Part shown: positions 1 to 11,425 of the stretch, one piece after another | Position numbering within the stretch: position 1 is the first letter of the stretch | How the letters are laid out: each line of letters starts with the position of its first letter | Assembly: GCA_900617105.1 (NCBI GenBank) | Contig: UYFQ01000806.1 | Location: forward strand, 1 to 64,000 | Source: Hydrurus foetidus | Taxonomy: Eukaryota | Length of the DNA stretch: 64,000 nucleotides | Direction of reading: 5' to 3' | Notes under the pieces: generated by a model | Seen by the model: the letters and a program-made list of their open reading frames with translations, nothing else | What the model was told of the DNA's origin: nothing | Database searches by the model: none | Translations under genes and position numbers: made by a program

Positions 1-506
1 AAAGAATCATCGCAACACTGCACTTTAGCCTTCAAACGATTATGACGTCATTAAATACAGATTGTGAAACCGGGCGACCGTACTCAGACGCAGCATGATC
101 ATCCTCTGCTTACACAAAGGTGTACTCTTCACGAAGAATTCCTCGCGTTCCTTCCTCTGAAGGCCACGTTCACTTAAAGCGTGAACAAGCCACTACTGAG
201 GGGAATATGAGGGTGAACAATGATCTACCCTGGTGGTGACCATCGCACGTTGCATGGATTTGCAATTTCTGTCAATGTTTTACTGATCGAAAAAGATCAG
301 CCTGCATGATCTATCTATGCTGATTCTGCACCAATAGCAAGAGGAATAAGTCATACAATAGAGTGAGTCCTTGTGAGGCCTTCAACATTACTACTGGTCT
401 CTCTCACAGCTTGACACTACTGTTTGTCTCTCTATACCTCGAAGAGATTATAGCCTAGCAATTAGAATAAATATCAAAATAAAATATAAGCATGGAAGTG
501 TTTAGC

Positions 507-829
507 TCAATTACAGATGACAACCAGATTCATCAATGCCATGGCCACCTTTCTAGCGTCAACCAGGCACCTCAGAAATTCATCGATTTCGGAGAAGTCG
601 AATTCTAGCAAGCTCTCCCTTGAAACACCATCTTCCGTTGATATGCTCAGTTTGAGGAGCAGAATGCTTTGCCGGTGCGAAGATAATTTGTCAGAAGACA
701 TTATCAGCTGTTCAGCGAAAGAGTGAATAATAACGGATTCCCCAATAAATTTGCTTGATGAGCATGTGATGCAATAGAACTTACCCTCACGGACCAGTCG
801 ATGTCTTTCAGAAGCATGGGATTTGCCAT
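507..829 (-). CDS. Small COMM-domain protein (COMMD6/COMMD8-like), 2 exons (829-785, 707-507); additional 5' exons possible
   Basis: A GTAAGT...CAG intron at 784-708 joins ORFs 704..889 and 507..701 into MANPMLLKDIDWSVR|LIMSSDKLSSHRQSILLLKLSIS...ESLLEFDFSEIDEFLRCL, which matches the COMM-domain pattern (LxDxDWxV...SSDK...LxL...LE). Confidence 0.7.
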
Positions 830-1161
830 ATCGAAGTTTGTCAATCTGTCACTGCAGCAGAAGCGTGAAGTGTGAAAGCATGAAGGCATGAAGGCATGAA
901 GGCATGATGATGGTGGGACTCATCCTGTTTCATGTTTCACAGTCGCCGGGTCCGTACGGTATTCGGTATTCGGTATTCCACGAACCACGAAGACGTTTCT
1001 TCGGGAGGAGTTTTGAGTTCGAAATAATTTAAAAAGAGTTCGAGTTGTTGTAGACCATACTCCCCTATTTTCCCTATTCATTGAATCACGTTCAGTGCTA
1101 ATCAACGAGAAGTCACTTCTAAAGCTTTCCCGCCTGGTCGGGTGTCTAGAGTGCAACAAAT

Positions 1162-3549
1162 ATGGATCCCTCCGAATACGAGGGAACGGTGGAAAGAGTG
1201 AGTGACCCGATGGGCGCGTTCGGAGGTTTGGAAGAGCTTTTGACAGTTCAAAATGCAAAATTTGTTCGTCTTGATCTGTCAAAAGAATCGGATCAAATAC
1301 ATATTTCAGTATTTAAGATTGAGGAATCACTCCAGAAATGGAACGAAGTTTCATTCAATAACTTACGGCTTTCCTGGGACGAGCAAGCAATCAAAGTTGC
1401 TGAGTATAAAGAGGAAGTCGCTGCAAAGAAGAAGGCGCTTGGTGCTAGAATTCGACGTTTTACCACACTTTTATCTTCTCATGCAGCCGATTCCAAATTA
1501 GGAGGGACAGTGCAGGATATTGAATATGAAAGTAAGGAGTTGATCAGCTCATTCAAGGCTGAATTTGACTTTTTGACAACGACGAACAAGTTTTCCGAGA
1601 GTGCATTCTTGTCAACCTACAAAATTCTTCGAGATGTGCCCGATCCATCTGAAGAATTGGGAGTCTGTTTGAAGGTCTGTGTGCGAGCCCAGGAAACGTT
1701 ATCTAACGCGCAAGAACAACTTAACACCGCCACAAAGATGATCGAAGAAATGAATTCAGTAGCTCCCTCTGGTATCTATCAATCTGCAAATTTAGCCGAC
1801 GAAAATTTGGTTTCTAGATATGAATCTCGGATTCAGATTCTGGAAGAAAATTTTGCTTCAGATCTATCTACTATGCGCGAGAGACTTGAAACAGAGTCAC
1901 GGAACAGGGAACACTCCATCCGCAGTGCCTTCGAGAGACAGCAACTGGAAATAGAGCAGCGTTGCGAAGAATCTCTTGCCAGAAAAGATTCTGAAATATC
2001 TTCATTGATGAATTCGTTGAATGATCACAATCAGCGAAACTTGGAAAACATAGAGCGACAGAGTATGTTGGAAAGTGAGGTACAGAAAAGAAGAGAGCTT
2101 GAGGAGCGTCTAAGAACCTCTCTCACAGAACTAGCAGCTATGCAAACACAAAATCTCGAGATGCACGCCAATTACGACATCTTAAAAAACAAATCTGCCA
2201 CTGCCGAAAAATTAAGCACAAAGTATGAGAAGGAGTCTAGAGACTTACTTGCTGCTGCACAAACCGAAGTGAATGCCCTAACAGAGAAAATAGTGGGATT
2301 GAAAGACGATTTGCTCTCCCGCCCACCTGTGGATTTATCCGCCTTGGCGCAGAGTGTGGGCATGGTTGGTGGGTCGATTTCTGATGGAACTTTCGACCAA
2401 GTTCTCATCGTGGGAGGACCAGACTCTGAAAGGCGGACTACAACCTTCACCTCTTGGGGCAAGATTGAGGCCACCATAATCGACTGTATCAGAAGGGTAA
2501 GTTCTGAAGCCACGGAGAGCAGAGTGAGGGAGCAAGATGCAACCAAAAGTCTGTCTCTCACCAAAGCTGAATGCGGTCGGTTACAGCTTGACCTTGAGGA
2601 GCGAAACAAGATTATCGTTGGTCTAGAATCTGATTTGCTGACAGCGCACAACTCTCTCGGTGATAGGAACGCGATGCTTAAATGCTATAATATGCAGGGG
2701 CCAGTAGCTGGCTCAAGTCGACAGCCCGAAGAATCACATATTGTGCCTCACTCGCTGATTGATTTCGATCCCCTGTCGCCCTCCGAGGAAGGACCTTCAA
2801 GAGGAGTCGCTGCTGATAGCGCTGAGGGCCTCTTCATTGGTGGTGAATTGGAGAGGGGATCAGGTGGGCGGGGTGTGCTGGGTGCGGTGCTGGGAGAGTC
2901 CAAGGAGGACCGCATGATCTCTGCAGTGCAGGGACAGCGAGACCGGTACATGAAGATCGCACATGCGAAAGAGTCCGAGGCGACCGCCCTGAAGGCACAC
3001 CTTGACAGGGCGCTAGAAGAACACAAGAAAGTCTCTGAGGAGAATCTCGAACTGTTTCAGCGTCTGCGTGTGCTGCGAGCATCGAGTAGACGTCCAGTGG
3101 AAGGGGGACTCTTGGATGTCGAAGAGGAAGGGGGGAGAAAAATCAAATCACGCAGCAGAAGAGATGTGAAGAGCAACATCTTCGGAACGGATATCGATGA
3201 CGAGGCATTCAAGCGCTCCGACGGGGATGCCCTCGACCGTAAGTACATGCACCTGTACGAAGAGAAGATTGACCCCTTCAAGCTGGAGGAGCTAGACAAG
3301 CAGCACATCCTCTCCCGCATGAACATATTCGAGAGGGGCCTCGCCTACTTGACAAGATTCTTCCTGCATGACCAGTGGGCCCGACACGCTCTGATGGTGT
3401 ACCTGCTGTTGGTGCACGGCTTTGCACTGTGCTACGTGTTGCAGGTGCTCAACCCCCAGCTGATAGAGGAAGTGGACAGCCAGATGAAGGCCACATGGAG
3501 CGCACAGACACTAGACGCGAAGGAACATCCAGATGTCAGATATCGCTGA
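1162..3549 (+). CDS. CASP/Coy1-like golgin (CUX1 N-terminal region, long coiled coil, CASP C-terminal domain, C-terminal TM helix)
   Basis: N-terminal WNEVSFNNLRLSWDEQA...KKKAL...FKAEFDFLT...SESAFLSTYKILRDVPDP; C-terminal QGQRDRY...ENLELFQRLR...YEEKIDPF...ARHALMVYLLLVHGF. A short 5' intron is possible. Confidence 0.8.
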   Translation: MDPSEYEGTVERVSDPMGAFGGLEELLTVQNAKFVRLDLSKESDQIHISVFKIEESLQKWNEVSFNNLRLSWDEQAIKVAEYKEEVAAKKKALGARIRRFTTLLSSHAADSKLGGTVQDIEYESKELISSFKAEFDFLTTTNKFSESAFLSTYKILRDVPDPSEELGVCLKVCVRAQETLSNAQEQLNTATKMIEEMNSVAPSGIYQSANLADENLVSRYESRIQILEENFASDLSTMRERLETESRNREHSIRSAFERQQLEIEQRCEESLARKDSEISSLMNSLNDHNQRNLENIERQSMLESEVQKRRELEERLRTSLTELAAMQTQNLEMHANYDILKNKSATAEKLSTKYEKESRDLLAAAQTEVNALTEKIVGLKDDLLSRPPVDLSALAQSVGMVGGSISDGTFDQVLIVGGPDSERRTTTFTSWGKIEATIIDCIRRVSSEATESRVREQDATKSLSLTKAECGRLQLDLEERNKIIVGLESDLLTAHNSLGDRNAMLKCYNMQGPVAGSSRQPEESHIVPHSLIDFDPLSPSEEGPSRGVAADSAEGLFIGGELERGSGGRGVLGAVLGESKEDRMISAVQGQRDRYMKIAHAKESEATALKAHLDRALEEHKKVSEENLELFQRLRVLRASSRRPVEGGLLDVEEEGGRKIKSRSRRDVKSNIFGTDIDDEAFKRSDGDALDRKYMHLYEEKIDPFKLEELDKQHILSRMNIFERGLAYLTRFFLHDQWARHALMVYLLLVHGFALCYVLQVLNPQLIEEVDSQMKATWSAQTLDAKEHPDVRYR

Positions 3550-3903
3550 GAACATCACAGCGCACATGTCTATTACATCATCTCACAACTAGCTCACATC
3601 TTGGACTACGTAGTCCGTGCCGCTTGTCCCTACTGACAGAGGACTAAAGCGGTTCCGATTCTGTGCAAACATTTAAGTGCTCCTAATACTTCCATGGCTC
3701 AAAGAATCGAAAAGTCTTTACATGGTCGCTCTGCATTATTTATGTATCGAAATTAACTTAACGCAAAATTTACAGGAAACTTCGTCTTCTGTTGATTGCG
3801 ACAATCATCATTCAGTGTGATCACATCATATTGAATCAAATCATTGGTGAACAGAGATCATGCTCCGCGGATCCCACATGTTTGACACATGTCTGCCTCT
3901 TCA

Positions 3904-5211
3904 CTAGCATTTTGCATTCTCAAGAATGACGGCGATACCTTGACCGCCACCGATGCACGCAGCGCCTATGGCATATTTCTTCCCTGTTCGGATGAGTTCG
4001 TGGGTCAAGTGGGTCAGGATTCTGGCACCAGAGGCGCCCAGGGGATGACCAATCGCAATCGCACCACCGTTAAGATTAGTTTTCTCTCTGTCCAATCCAA
4101 GTTCCTTCTCGCACGAGAGATATTGTGCTGCGAATGCCTCGTTGATCTCAACGATGTCCATGTCAACTAGCTTGAGACCGGCTGCCTTCAGCGCTTCCCT
4201 GATGGCTTCTACTGGACCGATGCCCATCATGGTGGGGTCGCAACCCACGCGGGACCACGCGACAATTCGGGTCAAGCGCTCAAGACCGTGCTCTTTAACG
4301 GCACTTTCACTCGCCACGATTAGACTAGCGGCTCCATCACAGATTCCAGATGCAGACCCGGCTGTTACTAGTCCACCCTCCTTGAAAACAGGTTTCAATT
4401 TCTGCAGATCAGCAATTTTAGAATTCGCTCTAGGATTCTCATCGACAGATACCGTCTCCATTCCCTTTTTGCCTTTTACTTCGATGGGGAAAATCTCTGC
4501 CTTGAAGATTCCGGCGTCATTCGCCTTCTGGAACAGCTCCTGACTCCGTAAGCCATACGCATCACAGTCTTCGCGGGTTATGCCATACGACGATCCCAGT
4601 TTCTCTGCCGTCATTCCCATTGGCAATCCAGCATACGTGTCAGTGAGCCCTGCCCATAGAGAGTCCTCGGCCTTCAGTCCTTTGCCAAGCGCGGCACCAA
4701 ACCTGGCGGAGATACCGTCAATGACCATCGGCGCCTGGGACATATTTTCAGTTCCAGCGCAGAGTACGATTGATGCGCGCCCAAGAATTATGCTCTCCGC
4801 ACCGAGGCATACTGTCTCAAATCCGCTGGCATTGTCATGATGATTAGCAATTTATAGATTGAGATCATGACCGATTGAATGAAGACTAATTGAAATCGAC
4901 GTGAAGACGTGAGATGTTTATTATTACCTTCCGCATAACCTGTTGATAGTGAGGGCAGGTATTCTTAATGGAGCACCCGATCTTAAGGCAACGTGCCTCG
5001 ATAGATAAGTGGCATCGAGACTCGAGTGTAGGACACTTCCAACAAAACATTCACCAATTTTGTCTGCTGCTAACTTCGATTCGGCAATAGCGCCGAGCGA
5101 TGAATGTACAGCAAGATCAGTGGCATTGAGCATCTTAAGCTTTCCACCAAACGCACCGAATGGGGTTCGCTTCGCACCAACAATATATATAGCTGAACGA
5201 GATACTGACAT
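3904..5211 (-). CDS. 3-ketoacyl-CoA thiolase (acetyl-CoA acyltransferase, ACAA2-like), 2 exons, intron 4927-4826
   Basis: RTPFG motif, INRLCG|SGFE across the splice (catalytic Cys), EINEAFAAQ, NGGAIAIGHPLGASG, ACIGGGQG. Confidence 0.95.
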
Positions 5212-6104
5212 TTTGAGTTTGAAAATTTATATCCCTTGGCTGACACGGAAATTTATTGTTTTGCTGCCGGCTGAGGTATCTCACTTCTCGAACACTATCA
5301 AAGCGCCACTTAAACTCCTTCAAATGATGAGCTTTTGATGAATTTGATAAGAATTTGACGAGACATACTTCGCTACTCGCTACAGATACCGTTGGAACGG
5401 CGGAACATTGAAATTAGAAGTTTTAAAAGTTGAAGTAGGCCGAGGTACAAAATTTTGGACACAGTCTTCCAAAATGTCCAAAAACATCTTATTTTATCTT
5501 ATTTTCTAAAACTGCTGTCAGATAGCTGAAATACTTTAACACATAGCTAAAAGATCAGTATATTATTTTGAAAATGTGTATCATCAATTATTGAATATCG
5601 GTCAGATCTCTCATCATTGACTTGTGGGAATTCGGAAATTCTCTTTCGAATTGAAGAGATATTCAGAGGTTCTGCGTTCAGTCTGTGGCGAACCTCACAT
5701 AAGTTGATGTGCTTCGTGACAAGCACAGTGTGCGGAAACCTCAACCAAATTATTTACGGGATTCAAATCAGGTGTTTTCGCAAAAATCATCGTTTTGGCG
5801 CCCCCTTGTCTATCAACACATCCTAATAATAACGTAAGTACGCTGTGGTATACTTTTACTACAGGACTGAAACACTGCTCCTTAAATCTTGAGGCATAAA
5901 CTTCACCTCAAGGATTTCGCCCCAAAACAAATTCAGGGTTTCCAGGGAGGAATCAAAATGAATACAAAACGAAGTAATGATAAAATGTGATCGGGGTGAG
6001 GTGATTGAAGCGAGTATCCCTCTCATCGCCATCTAAATGACTTTCTGCAATTGCACCTGCCCTTTATTTTTCATCGCCACATCCTCAACAAGGGGGGTAG
6101 GTGC

Positions 6105-7644
6105 TTAGTTGTCAGTAGCGTCACTTCCCGATGGTATTGCGCGCGGCACAACGGCAGTTTTGCCGAACTCGGGATGAATGGTCAGGATCGCTTCCATCTC
6201 AGGTGCCAGCTCCAGCTCCTCGGTGGTGAGTCTGTAGAGGTCCTCTGGGAGGGAGGAACCGTCCGGCATGCGGGTGGCAGGGTTTCTGAAGTCATCGAAG
6301 AAAGGATGTCCGCACGCCTCGATGGCCTTGCTTCTCACGTCAGGCACGTATGACAGCAGGTTGCTGACGAGATCCAGTGTCTCCGGAGAAATGGTAGGCC
6401 TGAAGATGCTGCTCCATGGGTGCGCTCTGATGAGGGGGAACTTGAACTCCTGGTAGTTAGGGTTCATGGCCCGCAGCTGCTCCTTGGTGGGAGTGCCCAG
6501 CACCTTGATTATTTCCACCAACTGGTCCACTCCAGAACTACCGGGGAAAATGGGAGACCCGATGAGAAGCTCTGCCATGACGCAGCCAGCGGACCACACA
6601 TCGATGGCAGTGGAGTAGTCAGTCGCCCCGAAGATCAGCTCAGGGGCCCGATAGTATCTCGAGCAAATGTACGCTACGTTAGGCTCGCCTCTCACGAGGG
6701 CTTTCGCAGATCCGAAATCGCATAGTTTCAGCATTTGACGGGCAGGATCGACGAGAAGATTCTGCGGCTTGATGTCCCTGTAGCGATAATGTGCATGTAT
6801 GTAGTTTAGTCCATCAGGTTTGAAGCAGGAGGTCACGCAGTACCGTCAAAAGACGAACAGTTTGATAAAGATAAACGCACCTGTGACAGATACCCATGCC
6901 GTGGATGTGCGCGAGAGAGCGGCAGAGTTGATACATATAAAGTTTCAAGGAAAATGTCGGGAAGGGCTCTTTGGCCTTGTTATAGTGTTTTGATACGGAG
7001 TAGACCGTCTCTGGGATGTATTCCAGCACTAAGTTGAGGTAAATATCGTCGGATTTCGAGCCCTTACTGATGAAGTGGTGTTTAAGCGCCACTACGTACG
7101 GATGAGGATGTTTCGCAATCTGCCTCATGATTTGCAGTTCTCTGTTTTTGAAACGTTTGTCCTGCAGAACTTTTTTAATTGCCACGACATCATCTGTGTT
7201 GACGACTTTCGCCAAAAAAACGGCACCAAATGATCCATGACCGATCATACGCTGGGCATCGTAGCTGATTGTGTCAGATCTTAAATCCTTCCTACAAAAA
7301 CCATAAGAGGAAAAATTCATTAGGAGCGTGACGGACAAATAGACTTGAGATGGAAAGTTGTTGTCACCTGTCTTGGGCGCTGATCTCGTATGATCTATTA
7401 GCGTCGAATCCAGATTGTTGAACTTGTGGTGGCGCGGAGATAGCTGTCTCCTCCTTCTCTGTATGGAAGGTGGTTCTACGAGTCCCCTAAACGAGAGAGT
7501 CGCAAAAATATTTAGAATTGAGAAGTTGTGACTACGATGAATATGATACCATACCGCTGGTGCGCGTGTCTGGGGTGCAAGTCCGGCAGTTCCTTTCTGC
7601 ACAGTAGGAGGATCCTCGGTGTTGATGGATAGGTTGTTCATCAT
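6105..7644 (-). CDS. GSK3: Glycogen synthase kinase 3 / shaggy-like kinase, multi-exon; start uncertain
   Basis: [50 protein letters not shown]...[22 protein letters not shown]. Confidence 0.93.
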
Positions 7645-8618
7645 GTCTGCGACGCCCTCCGGCTAAAATATTGTTCAAAATGCTGATGAGATTCATTTGT
7701 TTCGCACGATGGGGTTGCATGAACGATAATGAACTAAGACAGTGCCTGTTGAGTTGGATGAGCTGGAGCTGGATGCGATTGTGCTGGGTGAGCTTGAGTC
7801 GGTTGAGCATTTGTCGACTGAGCGTCGGCATGGCTAACAGCTTCAGTGTTCATCACGAAGTAGGTTTTGTAAAGACTAAAAGATTGAGATAGAACTTTCG
7901 TTGATTTTCAAAATGTCCAGATACGTCACTGCAACACGTCCTCTAACGTCTTAGCGTCGCTCTGTAGGCCTCAATATTTTGAAAACCTTGAAATTGTTGT
8001 AAACGTCACTTGACTACATGGCAGTTTTGTTACAGATCATACCCACGAGCCAGGATTCCACATTCGACATCCCCAACGAGCCGAGAGAGGCCAAGATCCC
8101 CGAAGTTGCAGTTCCAGAGGGTTCCAGTTCAGAAGTTTCGTCGGTGGGTACCGTATTATGGCACCTAATTTTTTAAAAAGTTACTAAACTTACAGAATTT
8201 CCACCAAATTTTGCAGAATTTGTACTAAATGTACGAAAAGAATACCAAATTTACGGATTCTCATGGGGTACTCAAAACGACTTCGAAAAAAACTAAAAAA
8301 ATGTGTCGTAGGAGTTAGCGATTAGTAAACTAGTGCTTTAAAGAGAGGGAGCAACTTGGAGAAGGGCTGTATCGAGAGGAGCATGTTCGGTGTGATTTAA
8401 AAGGATTCCATTTTTGAATTTACTTGAAATTTTTTGGTACAATTTCATTTTTTAGGACTCGGTTGCGTGCTAATGACACTACTGAAAGACATGACATCCA
8501 AGTTCCGCTTTGTGTGCCCTACAATGCTCTCTAATACTCGATCATTTGAAATCAGTACGAATTCGTTAAATTTGTGAACAATTATAAATTTTTAGTACGA
8601 GTACGGTTTATTCTAGTA

Positions 8619-8912
8619 CCGTCGAGTGCCATACATTTGGATTCTGGAGTTTTCCATTTTTTCCAAAAAAGGCCAAAATATGATCATTTTGGACTTCTCG
8701 AGAATATCAACGAAGCCCAACTCAACTTTCTTCTATAATCTTCAAGATGAGCTCTGTTCGCACATGATCCGCTATCTAGGTCGCGCAACTGTTGCGCGCT
8801 TCAGCAGCATTTGGTGTCTGAAATAGTCCATTTCGGGGTGGAAACGGTGATTTTGATTATGATCAAAAAAAAGTAACACCAAAACACAGACCAAATGTAT
8901 GGCACTCGACGG
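8619..8912. mobile_element. 294-bp MITE (Tc1/mariner-pogo superfamily, non-autonomous)
   Basis: Perfect 22-bp terminal inverted repeats CCGTCGAGTGCCATACATTTGG (8619-8640) / CCAAATGTATGGCACTCGACGG (8891-8912), TA on both sides (8617-18, 8913-14), no credible ORF. Confidence 0.9.
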
Positions 8913-9981
8913 TAGGTCATTATATTTGCCCGCCGTATTATTACTCTGCGATAAAGTATACCGTGTGTACCGTGTTTGTACCTTGTGGAGCACAGGAATT
9001 TTCAGGAACACATAACACATAACTTCATCAATATTGATGATCACACAGTGAGAACTACGAGAGTCACCTCGAAATAATCAAATTTTCTATCAGATCGCAG
9101 TCCCAGTTGTTCCAAAATTCATCTAGAGATTCAATTGGATTAGAGGAACCATATAAGCTGCCGGCAAGATTTGATAGCTTTCACGCAGAGAGCGAAAAGG
9201 ATATCCTCTCCGTACCACCGGTCCCTAACTGAACTTTTATGCTTTTCTCGAAGTAAAAAGAAATTGGACCCTCGGCACCATTCTTCTTAAGAAAACGAAA
9301 TTGGGTGCAAAGTCCTTCGCAATTAATAGATAGAAAGCAGAGCACAAAGAGTGCCGCGAACGTATTGAATTAGTGTACAATGAAGTGTAGCATTAGGTAT
9401 TGTAATCAAGTGTGACATTCTGTTGTGAATACAGATATCGATCATACCGATTACAAATCGACAGATGCAGTTTAACAGAAGATCCGCTCAATTTTTTTTC
9501 GAGAACTTTTATCTTCCGCAGCTCTAGGATGTTGGTGAAATTCCCTGTCAATGAACTTCCTCAAACATTCGGGAATATGACACGAGGGTCTCTTTTGATT
9601 ATAGCCAATTGATAAGCTGAAAAGGTGCTACTCTCTTCTGAGATGAGAAATTTCAAAAAGTATTACAAATTGCGTTTGATGTTCACAAATAGTATCGAAC
9701 AGTTCAAATTCGATTTGCCGCCGATAGGTCGCGATTGAACTGTACCCTCTGTCACTGTCTGGATGACAGATGAAATAGTACGAGAGTCAGTTGGTGAACC
9801 GCTGTAACGAATCTTCCTCCATGTTCCATATTGTTGTTCGTTGTTCATTTCACTGTTCATTTCGGTACCTACTGTGAACTGTCAACAGAAAGCTGATACA
9901 GACGCAATTTCCCGAAATTTCATTTTGCAGCGCGCGTCAGAAAAAATCCGGCGCCTACGTACCTCTCAGTATCTTGCAGTC

Positions 9982-10942
9982 ATGATGGGAATTCAGGGAG
10001 CCGTAGCTGAAGAGGTCAATAACCGAATGAGAAAGGCCGCAGGAGAAATTGGTGACAAGTATGCCGCTGGTGAAGGGGGAAAGGATGATAACTCAGATAT
10101 GACAGGACCAAGTGGTGCCACATATAAAGAGAAGGATCTCGCCGAGAGGAAGGCCAGAAAGCTGTTGAAGGAGAAAAAGGCACAAGCTGATAACGACAAA
10201 ACAGTTACCAAAAACAAGGACGAAACAGAGAATGAAAACAACGATGATGACGATGACGGTGACGAGGATAATGAGCTACGTCGGATTCGAGCGCAGAGAT
10301 TAAAGCAAATACGTGACGCCCAGAGAGAGAAATTGGAAAATATCGGGAAAGGTCACGGGCAATACCGTGAAATTACTCAAGATGAGTTCCTTAATGAGAT
10401 GGTCTCATCTAGGAAGGTCGTCTGCCACTTTTTCCATGCAGAGTTCGCCCGATGTGCCGTTATTGACCATCACATCCAGAAACTAGTCCAGCGCCATGTC
10501 GAAACAAAATTTGTGAAAATCAACGCCGACAAAGCCCCTTTCTTCGTCACAAAGGTGATACTAACGCTATCATCTTATTTACCTTTGCGTTTTATCGTGA
10601 AACCTGAGCCATTCGATTCTCGCTCCATTTCAGTTGGCCATCAGGACGATGCCTACCCTCGTTATATTCTATGATGGTGTCGCAATCGACAAGATAATCG
10701 GATTCGAGGGTCTTGCTGACAAAATGCCAGAGGGCAAAGAGGACGAATGGCCGACAATTATTTTGGCCAGATTACTAGGTGAGAAGGACGCCATTAATCG
10801 AGATGCTATCGTAGACGAAGAGGGGGTGGAGCTAGCTTTCAAAACAAAAATGGAGGACCTCCGTAAGAGCTCCTTCGTTGGGAACCAGTCTCTGGCCCAG
10901 ATCATGGATGAAGAGGACGACTATAACATGGATGACGTATGA
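9982..10942 (+). CDS. Phosducin-like / thioredoxin-domain protein (TXNDC9/PhLP3-like), intron 10555-10633
   Basis: LRRIRAQRLKQI...GHGQYREI...VVCHFFHAEFARCAVIDHHI...ETKFVKINADKAPFFVTK|LAIRTMPTL...IIGFEGL. Confidence 0.88.
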
Positions 10943-11425
10943 AGTGGACACACTGCATCATACTGTCTAGCTATTGCCATGTGACTCACTTTTCCTCCTG
11001 TGAGTGCAGAATCACATTGTTTTACATGTATATATTATTAAATCGCTGTATCTTACACACACTCCTCACTCCTTCTGACCGAAACTCAGCATATACTGGA
11101 AATACTAACAAAAAGCGAGCATGACGAGATCTCTCAAATATGAACACAAATGACTGGCACCTTTTCTACTTTTCTGCGCCCACGCGCGCAGTACAACATT
11201 GAACAAAATAAACAACAATGTAGTACAGTCAGGAACATTGAAAAGTTCACCCCCCAGGGCTTTCATTTTCATTTTTAAAATCCTCAAAATTTTCGCAACA
11301 CTTCAAAACTAGTGTAGACACAGCTTGGGACCCACTGGAAACTAGTATCATTAGATCACAGACAACCTAAGAGATCACAACACCATGGAAGGGAGTGGCA
11401 AATTTCGACTGCCAACAACGGGACC

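Noticed and set aside
878..907. (GCATGAAG)n and other short tandem repeats (30381-30419, 56485-56518)
   Set aside because: Ordinary short tandem repeats with no further structure
955..961. TACGGTA/TACCGTA heptamers (also near 8149, 14809, 37610) as TA-CCG-TA excision footprints
   Set aside because: Several copies of these 7-mers are expected by chance in 64 kb; not diagnostic without an ancestral allele
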